From Hydrolagus affinis (taxonomy: Eukaryota), in assembly GCA_012026655.1 (NCBI GenBank), contig JAAILG010000534.1, positions 1 through 64,000 of the forward strand: a stretch of DNA of 64,000 bases, written 5' to 3'. Positions within the stretch are counted from its first letter, which is position 1, and each line of letters starts with the position of its first letter. Shown piece after piece: positions 12,829 through 24,403 of this stretch. The notes under the pieces are model-generated. The model saw nothing but the letters and a program-made list of their open reading frames with translations. It was not told the DNA's origin and did no database searches. The translations under genes and the position numbers were made by a program.

Positions 12829-13040
12829 CATAGAATCATAGAATTATTCAGCACAGAAGAAGCCATTCAGCCCATTGTGTCTGTACTGGCTCTTTGAAAA
12901 GAGCTGTCTAAATCAATCCCACTCCCCCGCGCTCTCCCTATCGCCCTGCAAACGTGTCTTCCCCAAATAGTTATCTACTTATCTCTTAAAAGTTGTTATT
13001 GAATCAGCTTGTAGCAACCTTTTGGGCACTGCTTTCCAGA
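12829..13040 (-). mobile_element. CR1 LINE 3' end
   Basis: Terminal catagaat repeats and gccattcagccc 3' UTR. Homologous to 33955-34173 and 51961-52122. Confidence 0.85.
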
Positions 13041-15461
13041 TAGAATCAAAAATGCATGTAAACACCTCTCATGAGGAGTAGCCAAGCACACGTTTTGGAG
13101 GTGAAGGATTGTCCACCTCCAGAGATAGAGCAATAACAGTAGTGCAAATAGCTCTGAACTGCAGGGCCACCTACATGCAGACACACGGTAAACGCAGAGG
13201 CACATCTCAGACACAGAACAAAAAGAATGGCAGTGGATATTTTACAACTGGAGGGTTGCTGTGCAAAAAAACCCCACCTCCCACTATGTTGAACAGTTGA
13301 GCTGTGGGAATGAATACTTGAAGATATTAAATATGTGCAAAATGCAACTTATTGCAACCAGCCAAGAATAATTCTCCTATGCACATATCACAATACTTCA
13401 ATGATTATAGTTCACAGGAAGTCCTGATGGTGCAGTTGATGTAACCACTCTCTACAGAAACATGAAGAGTAAGAAATTCTCAGGTTCAAAGTTAGCAGAC
13501 TTTGGGTAATCCAATGTTATATACTCACATTAACAATATGAATTATGGATAATATAAACATTATTAGAGCTACAATTTGGGAATAACATTATGATAACCC
13601 TTGCATTTGATATACACTAATGGCTAATCATGTCATCGAGACGGCTCGAATAGTCTGCTCTTGTTACCATGCTTTTATGCTCCTAAAAAGCCTAATGTGA
13701 TTTTGCTGTAATGTATGAAAATATATACTGTATTAACACGTTTAAACAAACTTCAAATATGATGGCAAGAGGTTAAATTCATGGGATGTTCTTCAAACTA
13801 CTTTTATTTTGCTACTCATTTGTACTAGAACATCAGCAATTGCAACAATTCCTAGAAAACCAAAATTTCCATTGGACCTTCAGACTAAGTTACAGAGAGG
13901 AGTCATGCGATGAACGTGGAAAATGATTAAATTCTAAAATTATGGGATAAAATGTTACATTTCTTCTTCTGTAACTCGTTCCAACACACACGGAATTTTT
14001 AATGAAGAACTGGTGTCTGCTGCTTTCGAGTCAGATGAATAGAATATCAGCCTGTTTAGAAGGACACTTGAAATAGATGAGCCAGCTGAGAAACCGGCTC
14101 TTCAAGTGAGGCTTTAAGGCTCCAGGGACCAAAGTCATCAGACATTATATATTTTTGTGCATTTAAGCTTTTGATAAATACATTTTGTTTCTTGTATACG
14201 TATTTGCACAAGAACGAGGATTAAGGAATGTCACATTCTTATGTGTATGAATCAAGCAATAGACCTCACAATGTTGGAGAAAGACTGTTTTTCCTTTTAT
14301 ATATATATTAAAAAAAAGGGAGTTTGGGGAAAATGCATGAAAAACATGCGATGTTTCCCAGGACGCTATTCATCTATCTATCATGTCTCATGATAGTACT
14401 ACCAGAGAAGCCATTTTCAAACGTTTTGTTACCATGGTTACCATCAGAGCAGGACCCAATATATACGCTGCCAAGACAGTTTGGTGCCAAGAGCAATTAT
14501 GACTCATCGACTCCCCCCACCCCCACCACCCACCGACTTCACCGTTAACCAAGGCATCTCTGAACCTTCTTTCCTCTTTGCTTCTCCCAAATCATGATGT
14601 TGGTAATAATTTGGAGACCAGGGAAGCTTTCTATTCTTTGTTCCTCAAGATCTCTTGTACCTCACCCTCAAGAAGTTGGAAACATGAAGATTGATTTTGA
14701 AATAAACAGTATAGAATCCGCAGTCACTTACATTACTGTTTAATTCAAACACACCCATACGTAACATGTATGTTCATTATGTTGTCATCTATTGGGCTGC
14801 CGGGCTGCTTTCGACAGCCAGACAGATAATCAAAAGACTCTCGTGTTCCTAATTCATGGCTTATGGAATAGAAATGTGTGTCTGCCTGCTGCTTCAATTG
14901 GTATGGGGAATGCCTCTTGCTGATCTTCATTGCTACATCAAGGTCACCTTTCACTCTCCATGCCACGGGGAATGTGTGTCTCCTTCACCTTGCCCTGTTG
15001 CTGAAGAGTGGCATTTGCCAGAAATCCATGAGCAATTGCCTCCAGAGCGATTATTAGTTCAACTGTCACAGCTTTTCTAAACCATCCCACTGCTTAATTC
15101 CAGCCAGTGTCTTGAAAAGCAGCTGTTTAGCGAGCTAGTGGCGAAAGAGGATGAGCCGCCCACCTTAATCACCTCTGCCCTGGGTTGGTGAGCTTACACG
15201 AGTTTGCTTGTTATCTCTCAGGATATCTCTTAGACAAGATAGTTTGAAGATTTCCAGGTAGTGCTGATGACTCATGTTGATGGCTGTGTAACGTATTTGT
15301 TTCTTCTCTATGTAATTCACTCCAAAACGTACAGGCATTTTGAGGATCAAATTGATCTATTCTCAGCTGGCTCATTTATTTCAAGTGCCTCTATACCGGG
15401 TGCATCACCTGGGTAGAAAGCAGCAGTAACTGAGTCTAAAACATGCGGAATTCTAATGGGA

Positions 15462-15558
15462 ATTCAGTCACTACCCTTTACAGTAAATCCTATGAAGTGC
15501 TTTGAGATGTCCTCCTGATGTGAAATGTTCTATATCAAATACAACAATTATTATTATA
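15462..15558 (+). mobile_element. SINE 3' tail fragment
   Basis: ctttacagtaaatcctatgaagtgctttgagatgtc...tatatcaaat...attattatta. Confidence 0.7.
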
Positions 15559-15559
15559 C

Positions 15560-15875
15560 ATACAACACCAACAACATAATTACATATGTTTCGTGCATTT
15601 TCACATCGGGAGGACACGACAAGGCACTGGACAATCAGTGTTTCAGACCCGAGCTGGGATCGGGGAAGGTGCAGGGAAGGAAGGGGAAGGGGGGGGTGAC
15701 CGATGGTACAGTCGAAGAGGAGGGTCTTGAGGCAGGACTTGAAGGAGGCTAGGGAGGGGGTCGAGGCAGAGGGATTGCAGAATGGAATTCTAGAGGTTAG
15801 GGGCAGAGTGGCTGAAGGCTAACCCACTGATGGTGGGGCAGGTGGGTCAGGGGACATGCAGCAGGCCGGACATAG
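15560..15875 (-). mobile_element. L2 LINE 3' fragment
   Basis: Reverse complement is homologous to 3170-3478. Confidence 0.85.
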
Positions 15876-15894
15876 AATGATCCTTGTTGTCAAC

Positions 15895-15968
15895 GTTTCA
15901 CCCTGCCTGGGAAATGGAACTTAGCTTGTGAGGTGAGTGCTCTAACCACTGAGCTACAGGATTCCACT
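15895..15968 (-). mobile_element. SINE head fragment
   Basis: Reverse complement is gtggaatcctgtagctcagtggttagagcactc...ccaggcagggtgaaac. Confidence 0.85.
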
Positions 15969-17895
15969 GTAGAGTCTGAATGTCTAATTGCTGCACATCA
16001 ATTTAATACCCTGTTTTCTCTTTGCCAAGAATAAATTGGTTGTATGTGTGTGACACTTATTTAAACATGATAAAGATTTTTTTTAAATGGTTATGACGAC
16101 CATAGTCAGGGTTAAGAAGATTGGATCACTCACCATTTCCCTGAAACATAGAATGATTCTTGTTGTCAATGCACAAGTCGTACATGATAATGAGTAGATC
16201 AATGCATTTATGCGAGTGACTGTTATTGAATGTTTTGATGGAAACATGTAGAGTAGCAATTTGAAACAACATCAGGAAGCAAAGCTGTTGGGTTTTGCGT
16301 TGGCTGCTGTCACTAACAGTGAGGATAGTGCTGCATTATTCTCTACGCTGTGCTTACTCCTGCCAAACAGGCTGATTTGCTGCTCCTACCCATCAGGCAC
16401 AATATCTCAATGCCAACAAGCATGTTGATGATTGTTATAAAACATTCTGTTCACCGCTCAGAGGTTCTCCTGGCTTGGCAGCAATGGAGACGAGTTTCTG
16501 CAGAAATCCAACCAAAGCAACAGCTGAGGCAAAGCAGAAGGTTAGGTCTGTGTTGGGGGCAATTTGCTTTTGGCAATGATGCTTTGTATTCAATGCAGAA
16601 TATTTATTTCTACATTTTCACAAGCAGTGTAATTAATTAAACAGAAGTATTAATATCGTTTTTCACATTTTTAATTTGTGGATTAGAGCAACGTTGCAAT
16701 GATCTGGCATAGAACTTCTGAGTGTCTCTGTTAGTTTCTCTCTTGATGCACATGAGAAAGAACCTTCATCGACTCTTGTACTGTACTTGAAATGGAACTG
16801 GTATGAATGAGAAGCGACTATAAGGTAATATTCCCACAATCGTAAAGCAGTCCTCGTGAAAACAATGATGGGGAAGGAAAAAGGTGATGTGAAAATGATC
16901 ACAGCTGATAATTGCCCACTGATCATCATTGCATGATGCGAATTTCCACCTCAAGATGTCCCAGTTGAATGACTGGCTGAGCTGCCACCTCTGCTTTCAT
17001 CCCTGACTCACTCCAAAACCAGTTGCTGCAGCCATTGTGCCTATTCTGCAGTCCCTGATTTAATTTAAATGAAAATCTTGCTGATTTCCATCAACATTAC
17101 ATTCCCAATTGCATCCCATTATTTCTGTGTAGATGTTTCTTCTTTGCTGATCCTATTCATTTGCATAAAGTATTCATTTAGAGAACATACTGGCCATCAG
17201 ATTGATTTTTTTACACATCAGTTTCAGCTCTTGTTTGGTCTAAGAAATCAACAGCCAGAATTGCCATTAGCCTGATAGGCAGGAGGGTTAGAATGCTTTG
17301 TTTAGCAAGATGAAAGTTATCAAGTGAAAATGGGATTAAATCACTGTTTCAGAGGCTTGCACTGTTTACCGACGTTGTTTCAAAATTGCAGACTAAAAAT
17401 AGAAATTGAACCAATTCTATTGAGCATGACTTGATCTACGGTCTTGGCATTGTTTAATTAAGCAAGAGATCTTGGAGCATTGGCTTAATTCAAATGCTAA
17501 TTGAAGCTAACCATATCCATTTATAATCACATCTACGTTATATAAACAAGCAGTCCAAGCCAATTCAAGACTTATGATGAAACTCGGAGGTAGAGTATTG
17601 AAAGGACATGAAATAGTTGCACTTAAGAATGAAGAGTAAAATTATACAGAATCCCAAGTGTACACAAAAAAAACACATGCGCTATGAGTGAAACGTGACC
17701 CCGCTATGAAGAATGAGCTGAAACGAACACAATATCAAACTTGTTGAGCTCAGGAATCATGGATACCCTTAAAAATAGATCCCATCACGTACTACAGAAA
17801 TGACCTGTTATTCATGGTACCACATGAGCTAATAATATTCATAATACAGCTGAGATTTCACCCACAAATATACACTAAATTTTCCTACTCTTCTT

Positions 17896-18160
17896 CATCC
17901 TGCCCCAACCCCTCCCCCACTGCTCTTGTCCCTACCTAACTGTACAGCGTCTTGGGACATCCTCTCGGCATGAAAGGCGCTATATAAATGTAAGTTTTGA
18001 TTGATGGCTGCCCCACTAACTCTTCCCCCTCTCCCACTCTCCTTCCCCTTCCCCCTACCCCAACCCTCCCCCACCCCTCTTGACTGTTCAGCGCTTTGGG
18101 ACGTCCTCCCGACGTGAAAGGCGCTACATAAATGCAATTTTGTTATTTTGTTGTGTTGTG
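17896..18160 (+). mobile_element. Two tandem, heavily 5'-truncated L2 3' ends
   Basis: Two consecutive C-rich UTR + gggac(g/a)tcct..(c/t)gaaaggcgcta..taaatg units, followed by (GATT)n at 18162-18186. Confidence 0.85.
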
Positions 18161-18225
18161 TGATTGATTGATTGATTGATTGATTGAGATTGAAGGGTGA
18201 TTCCCAGCTCCCAACATATGAGTTT

Positions 18226-18270
18226 CCCCACAATGGCAATTGTCCCCACAATGGCAATTGTTCCTACAAT
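18226..18270. repeat. 18-bp tandem repeat ccccacaatggcaattgt, about 2.5 copies
   Basis: Directly visible in the sequence. Confidence 0.85.
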
Positions 18271-18759
18271 GAACATGCAAATAAAGCACTGGCAATATCT
18301 ACTTATTGTCGCGGGTGATATACAGGTTCTGACAAACTCAGGAACCTCTCTATGCCACACACACACACACACCTTCTCCTGGTGTCCTATGTGGTGGCAT
18401 TACCTTTGGCCTAATAAGAACTAATCAGCACAGCATGAGTGGAAGACGCAGGGCAAGACTCAGTCCAGTGCCGCCTTAGTACCCCTCAGAGCCACATCTG
18501 TGAATCACTCCAACACCCCCATACGGAAAACTTCCAAACAACATGGAACCAAGCCAACACACTCAGTACACATCAGGAAGCTATTAATGCATGAAATACC
18601 ATGTGAGCACGAAGAAAACTGAACCCGATATGCAAATAAATTATCTTTTTTTTTAAATGAAGGCTATAGACATTCTGAATGTATTGATGGTAGTGTCTGA
18701 TTATAGCTTACATTAGCATGGTTATTTGACTAATATTCTTGCTTTTAACCCTATGCCTG

Positions 18760-18855
18760 CAAGTTTTGCCCACAAAATAGACAGTATATTTTGGAAGGCC
18801 TTTGAGATGTCTTAAAGACATGACAAGGCACTATACCAAATGCAAGGATTATTAT
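18760..18855 (+). mobile_element. SINE 3' fragment
   Basis: ttttgcccacaaa...ctttgagatgtc...aaatgcaaggattattat. Confidence 0.8.
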
Positions 18856-20297
18856 GGTTGTTTTCACTTTCCATATTGAATGAAATATTGCCGTATGCAT
18901 TGTCTTGCAATGAAAAAATATTTGGGTGTTTACCATAGGAAGCTAAGAGAATAATGTTTCTCTGTTACTCTTCATGCGTGAAAAGCATAATTAAATATCA
19001 CTGAATGAAAAAAAATGTAAGTATCACTTGGAAATTGGGGTTAGGAAAGGTTTGCAAAATGTATACAAAAACAGCTTGTTAAGAAAATGGTAACTCGCGA
19101 ACATGGAACAAAAAAAATGGTCCCTTTGCTCTCCCAACGAGAGCTGAGCTGTTTTCCGCTTGTTTCAATGTTTTACGCTTCCCACGAGAGTGCAGCCAGA
19201 ATAATTCATCATACAACCATCTGTAAATAGAAGACATTATTGTTCACACCTGGCATGAGACTGACATTGCTTCACCCAATTACTTGTTCCACTACTAGGT
19301 AATGTTCTTTGTACTCCACGAGGAACACCATTAATATTTTTGCAGCAATTCCAAAGTCAGGATGGAATGGTATGAACTGGAACTAATAAGATCAAAGGCT
19401 GGCACCCAATTATTTCTGCACATTTGTAGGTGAACCCACATTCCACTGTGAGTAATGAATATTGCTCCAAATTGTTTGAGTTCCTGTTGTGGACAAGACA
19501 AGTTGACCTTTGTGTTTCATTGTGATTTAGTTTAATTTGTGCTATTCAGTGTGGAGTAAGTTTCTTTTTGGCTTTGGGGATTATTTGTCTGTGAAGAGAA
19601 TGCTATTCTGGAGAGAGATCTATTGAGGAGAGACACCAAGAGTACTACCATAGAAACATCATTAAGATTCAGTAGTATTTTGCTTACAGTTGTAATGCCA
19701 ATGAGTGAGAAACAGCCAATATCTCCAGAGACTGATGCTGGCCTGACAGATGGCTTATAGATGTGTGGGCACTGAAACAGACAAGCGCACAACCTACGAT
19801 TGTTATTCCAGTTACTGCAATGGTTACACAACTTTTACATGAGTGCAGCTTCCAGGCATCTAATGGAAACTTTGCAGGTTTATCACACGTATCTATTTCC
19901 AACACATTGATTTGGTTTACTAATGCTTTGTGTCGAGTTGCTTCACAATTCATTTTGTTTGATGATTCACAGATGCAACAAACATCTCATCAGAAAAGGT
20001 TCTCTCAAGTTCCTGGGTTTCCAAGTGACGAGGGAATTATTGACTTGATACGTCTAGTAATTCAAACTCCAGACAGATATATACATACCATTCAATACAA
20101 TTACATCTGATAATAGACAGTCATATTGATGATAATAATAATAATCACTGAAAACCACTTAAAAGCTAACTCTGTGGAGTGATTTGAACAGTAATAATGA
20201 TAGTAACAGTTATAATAATCCTTATTACATTATCGAGATGTCTCAAAGTGTTTCACAGGATACACACAATAAATTTTCTCATTTATGTTAGTTTATA

Positions 20298-20364
20298 TCT
20301 GCGCCTTGGGACATCCTCCTGACGTGAAAGGCGCTCTATAAATATAATTTTGTTGTTGTTATTG
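20298..20364 (+). mobile_element. L2 tail fragment (a degraded minus-strand SINE tail precedes it at ~20190-20262)
   Basis: gcgccttgggacatcctcctgacgtgaaaggcgctctataaat followed by (GTT)n. Confidence 0.8.
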
Positions 20365-21899
20365 TAGTTTCATGTAACTTTATGTATGTGTTGACCTATC
20401 AAATGCCATCAAAGTAGCAGTATCACTCATCTTTCATTTGCTCCTGAACTTTTATTAGATTTAACAAATTATTAACCTCCAGATCACTTAATTTAGTCAA
20501 TTCCCCTTTATGTAAATAACTTGGCCTGTGCATAATAGACCCTATCTTCTCCTTAAGTCACATTATTTGAGTTTGCAACATTGTCTAATTTCAGAGTTCT
20601 TCTGTAGTTTTCCATTTTCTTTGCTGGCACTTTACAAAGAGAATCGGGAAGAAGACATGAAGCATTAGAAATGTTCCTTTTAGTAGAATTTGACCTCTCT
20701 ATAACTGTCCGAAAAAGTGTTTGGAAGGCAAAGGGTACTGAAATTGATGTAATATTGAACCTGCCAATCATGTAGCATCACTTTTGGTAGTACAGTATTC
20801 AACTCTTTATTTTTTCTTTGCATGGTATAAAATTGAACAGCATTCTCATGCGGATGTATGATCTGTTACGTGTTAAAATCTCAGCCTGTTTTATGAATAT
20901 TGTAAACTCTACAGCTTGCCTTTTTAAAATTTTGATTCAAGATGGATCAATGAATTAAGTCGCACATTTCTAATAAACTTTCTCCCCTGTTGGGAAGATA
21001 CAATTACCCGCTGAATTCACAGCAATGCCAGACTGGTGTGCAGACCATGATGAATGAAGGCTCTATTGATCCTGGCTGTGCAGCTATGCACTGATACACT
21101 TCACGTTTAGCTATTAGGAAGACATTTGATCTCCTCTTTGCTCTGGTAGAATGGATTGGTTTGGGTATCTTGATTAAATGAAAATTAAGATTTACAGCAC
21201 ACCTTTTTTTGTACTTCAAGCAGAATAGTTCACAGCTCTAGACAGCTGGAACTGTGTTGTTTATGTATAGAGGGTTACGTACCTATCAAGGTGAGGGATG
21301 ATAGTGCTACAAAACAAAATATTGCAAACTTTCTACCCATCGGCACGTCAGGAACAGCAAGGTTAAATGTAACATAGCATTTCTTCCACATCACCCCAAT
21401 TATTCATCTCTATCTTTTCAAGTTTCGGGGCTGATATTATCTGATAGTATGGATCCTTTCTTCTTGCAGAAGAATATAGGAAGAATATCTTCCTATATCA
21501 TATTACTATTCTGACAACATCGTTTGACCTTGACATAATCTACTGTTTCTACATTTATATATTGACAATAAACTTCTAGCTTAATGTATTTCTAAATTAA
21601 ACCTGGGGATGTGTGGTCTACGCTGACACACCAACGCAGCGCTGGGGGTGTGATGCGTTGTCCGATTAGCTGTCCCACAAACAGTCATGGATTGAATAAC
21701 CATTTTCTAAAAAAGGAATATCACCCTCCACCCTAGAAATGCGATCCGCCAATTGACTAACATCCAGGTTCCTACTTACTGCGAGGTAAACTGATGCGAG
21801 TTTTGGCAACCAGCGGATATTCCATTATTATCCCGATAATGTGGTAACAAAGTGAATCACTGTATCACTTTTATCAGACTTATTATCCCAATAATCCCT

Positions 21900-21973
21900 T
21901 TAAGCATTCTGGAGACACTGTTCCACATGAAGGGTGCTACATAAATGCAAGTTGTTGTTGTTATTGTTGTTGT
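21900..21973 (+). mobile_element. L2 tail with (GTT)n
   Basis: catgaagggtgctacataaatgcaagttgttgttg. Confidence 0.7.
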
Positions 21974-22139
21974 AATAATGTACCTTTACTCTACTAGATA
22001 GCATTTCTACGTTTAAACACAAATATTTGGTGCGTCCAATTGATTTTCTAATTGTCTCCCAATTGTTGTATGCCTCTGCTGCTGTTCCCCATAGTTGCTC
22101 ATTCTGGGAGCAGATTGATGGGTGTGAGTAACCTGCGCA

Positions 22140-22410
22140 CATTGCCAATCTTCTTATGTGAGTCTTGGCAGGGCACTCGACAGCAGAAGGGATCACAGCC
22201 AAAGTCTTGGTTCCCACACTACCACTCGAGAGTGTTGAAGAGTGACCAGGACCAGTTAACCTGGCTGATTGTAACCCCTCACCCGGGAAAGGCTGGGACA
22301 AATTTAGTCTCCACATTTAGCTCCAGCTGAGACCGTCAAACTGAGTACGAACTAGGATTTGAACCAGAAAGCTCCTTGTCCTTAAGCTATACTCTAGCCA
22401 TTGAGGCTGC
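22140..22410 (-). mobile_element. Ancient LF-SINE-like element
   Basis: Reverse complement has ggttcaaatcctag (B-box-like), tctcagctgg, aatcagccagg, ggctgtgatccc and ctcacataagaag. Weakly similar to 39905-40175. Confidence 0.4.
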
Positions 22411-22534
22411 CCATCATCCCTGAATCCTGTGAGAATGTATTTCTGGTCCAGTCATTCAGTTATAAACCCAATATATCCCTGTAACACACAGAAGGAGACA
22501 GAATGGCTAAAACATGTAACAACGAACACTATTG

Positions 22535-22687
22535 AAGACTCTCCTCTTCGACTGTGCCTTCGAGCACCCTCCTTCCTTCCCAGCCCTCTACCCACCCCGA
22601 TCCTGACCCCCAGCTCAGGTCCTAAATGCTATTTGGGACGTCCTCCTGACGTGAAAGGCGCTATACAAATGTAATTCTGTTGTTGTA
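22535..22687 (+). mobile_element. L2 3' end
   Basis: ctgaccccagctcag...tttgggacgtcctcctgacgtgaaaggcgctatacaaatg. Confidence 0.85.
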
Positions 22688-23811
22688 TTTATGTGAACCG
22701 AGTCTTGAATACCTTAGGTCAAGATACAATCATCATTTCTTTTCTACCTTGAAAGGTCTAGCCCAGAACAGGCCGACAGAAAACAATGACATTTGTTCTA
22801 ATGACCAAACCAGTGTGTGAAGCATTCTCTATCAAAGCCTTGTACAGTGTACAGTGCTTCCTCTAACCCTGCCTCTTGTTTCCTTGTCAAAATGTATCAC
22901 TAAACCCTCACCCACTAATAAACTCAGGCAGAAAGGCGGAAACAGCACATTTTGAGCAGCTTAGATCAGTCCTGCGTGAAATTGTTTTTCTTTTCCCTCT
23001 CCTGTTTTAATTCTATGGACCGAAAGCCTTCAGCATCACTTCTTAACCATGAATATTATAAAATTGTGAAAAAGTGAAACCTATTCATAACAGTGCCCTT
23101 GAAAATGACAGAAATCAGTTAGAAGAAACCTAAAATGAAACTGTCTGCGATGCGATTTTCCAATTTTAATAGGATCTTACAAATCCTATTAAACTTATAA
23201 TGTTTTTTTTTATTTTCATGCTCATTGGAATGAAGCTTGACTCAATTTGGGGGAAATTCAACATTATCCCTCAGATGTAATAGGAAATAAAATAGCAATA
23301 CATGGGTTCCACCCACAGAGGGATTTAACGTGAGAAAGAGAATGCGGATTAGGGCAGATTCACAATATAACCTTTGAGATAAATCAGGTTGTTAATTATT
23401 GAAACAATTTGTTGATTAATATGCATCAAGATATCAACCCTGAAAACACACACACAATCACATTACTAATTTGATCTTATTTACATGACATTATTCAACT
23501 ACAACATCAAACAGTTACTCAGTTAATGTGCACCAATAAATGGCCTTATTAGCCACAGATGTGTTTACTGTGTAGTTGTACCTGGTGATTGATATGGACT
23601 GAAATAATTATTTATCCAATCAGACCTCATTCTTAGAAATTTTAATAGGGCTAATAGGATCATCTAGTCTTATCACTTTGTCTCTTCCTCTATTGATAAT
23701 CTGAATTTTGTGACTGAAAATATACTGTTGTTTTTCTGTTGAGAGTGTTTGATCAATAAATTATTGGAAGCGATGATTTATAATGAAACGCACAATCAAC
23801 GAAAGCTGACA

Positions 23812-23883
23812 ATTTCATTAATATAATGCTGACTATTCCCACCTGTCACTAGGGAGACCAGGGTTCAATTCCCCAATGGAGAG
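23812..23883 (+). pseudogene. Degraded tRNA-Asp(GTC) copy acting as a SINE head
   Basis: Gap-free match of about 55/72 nt to vertebrate tRNA-Asp(GTC) as I recall it. cctgtcac anticodon loop and gggagacc.gggttc.attcccc are retained; most mismatches are transitions. Confidence 0.8.
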
Positions 23884-24403
23884 AGATGGGAACCTTGGGC
23901 AAGTTTCCTTACTCCACATGCCTAATAGTAATCTGTCCAAAAAAACACACAATAATAAATATTGGTCATTTTCAATCCACGACTGTTTGTGGGACACTGC
24001 TGTGCGCAATTGGCTGCCGCATTCCGTCCACAAATATACAGTCAATTCACTTTACAGTATAAACAAAACATAAAATACCACAGATGCTGGGAATCTGAAA
24101 CAAAAACAAAAGTTGCTGGGGAAACTCAGTAGGTCAGGCAGCATCCATGGAGAAAGGAAAAAAAGTCAACGTTTCAGGTCTACAATCCTTCGTCAGAACG
24201 GAGACCGTTCTGACGAACAATTGTAGACCCGAAATGTTGTCTCTTTTTCCTTTCTCCATAGATGCTGCCTGACCCGCTGAGTTTCCCCAGCAACTTTTGC
24301 TTTTGTTTCACTTTATAGTATATTTTGTGAAGCGCTTTTAGACGTCGATAAGATGTGAACAGCCCTATATCAAATGCAAGGATTACTATTAATATTATTA
24401 TTT
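23884..24403 (+). mobile_element. SINE body and tail interrupted by a hairpin cassette
   Basis: aaccttgggcaagtttccttactcc...cactttacagtat [insert] cactttatagtatattttgtgaagcgc...caaatgcaaggatta. Confidence 0.9.
24061..24308. mobile_element. Palindromic Penelope-like (inverted pseudo-LTR) cassette with hammerhead-like motifs
   Basis: ~106-bp inverted arms (24096-24201 and 24205-24310) around a 3-nt loop, with a flanking ~15-bp duplication. CTGACGA...GAAA is present on both strands. Confidence 0.7.

Noticed and set aside
16462-16545. Possible exon ending aag|gttagg (METSFCRNPTKATAEAKQK)
   Set aside because: No recognisable homology, and splice signals of this quality arise by chance.
19690-19760. 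Possible terminal exon after ttttgcttacag (VVMPMSEKQPISPETDAGLTDGL*)
   Set aside because: The acceptor looks good, but there is no recognisable protein and no supported upstream exon.
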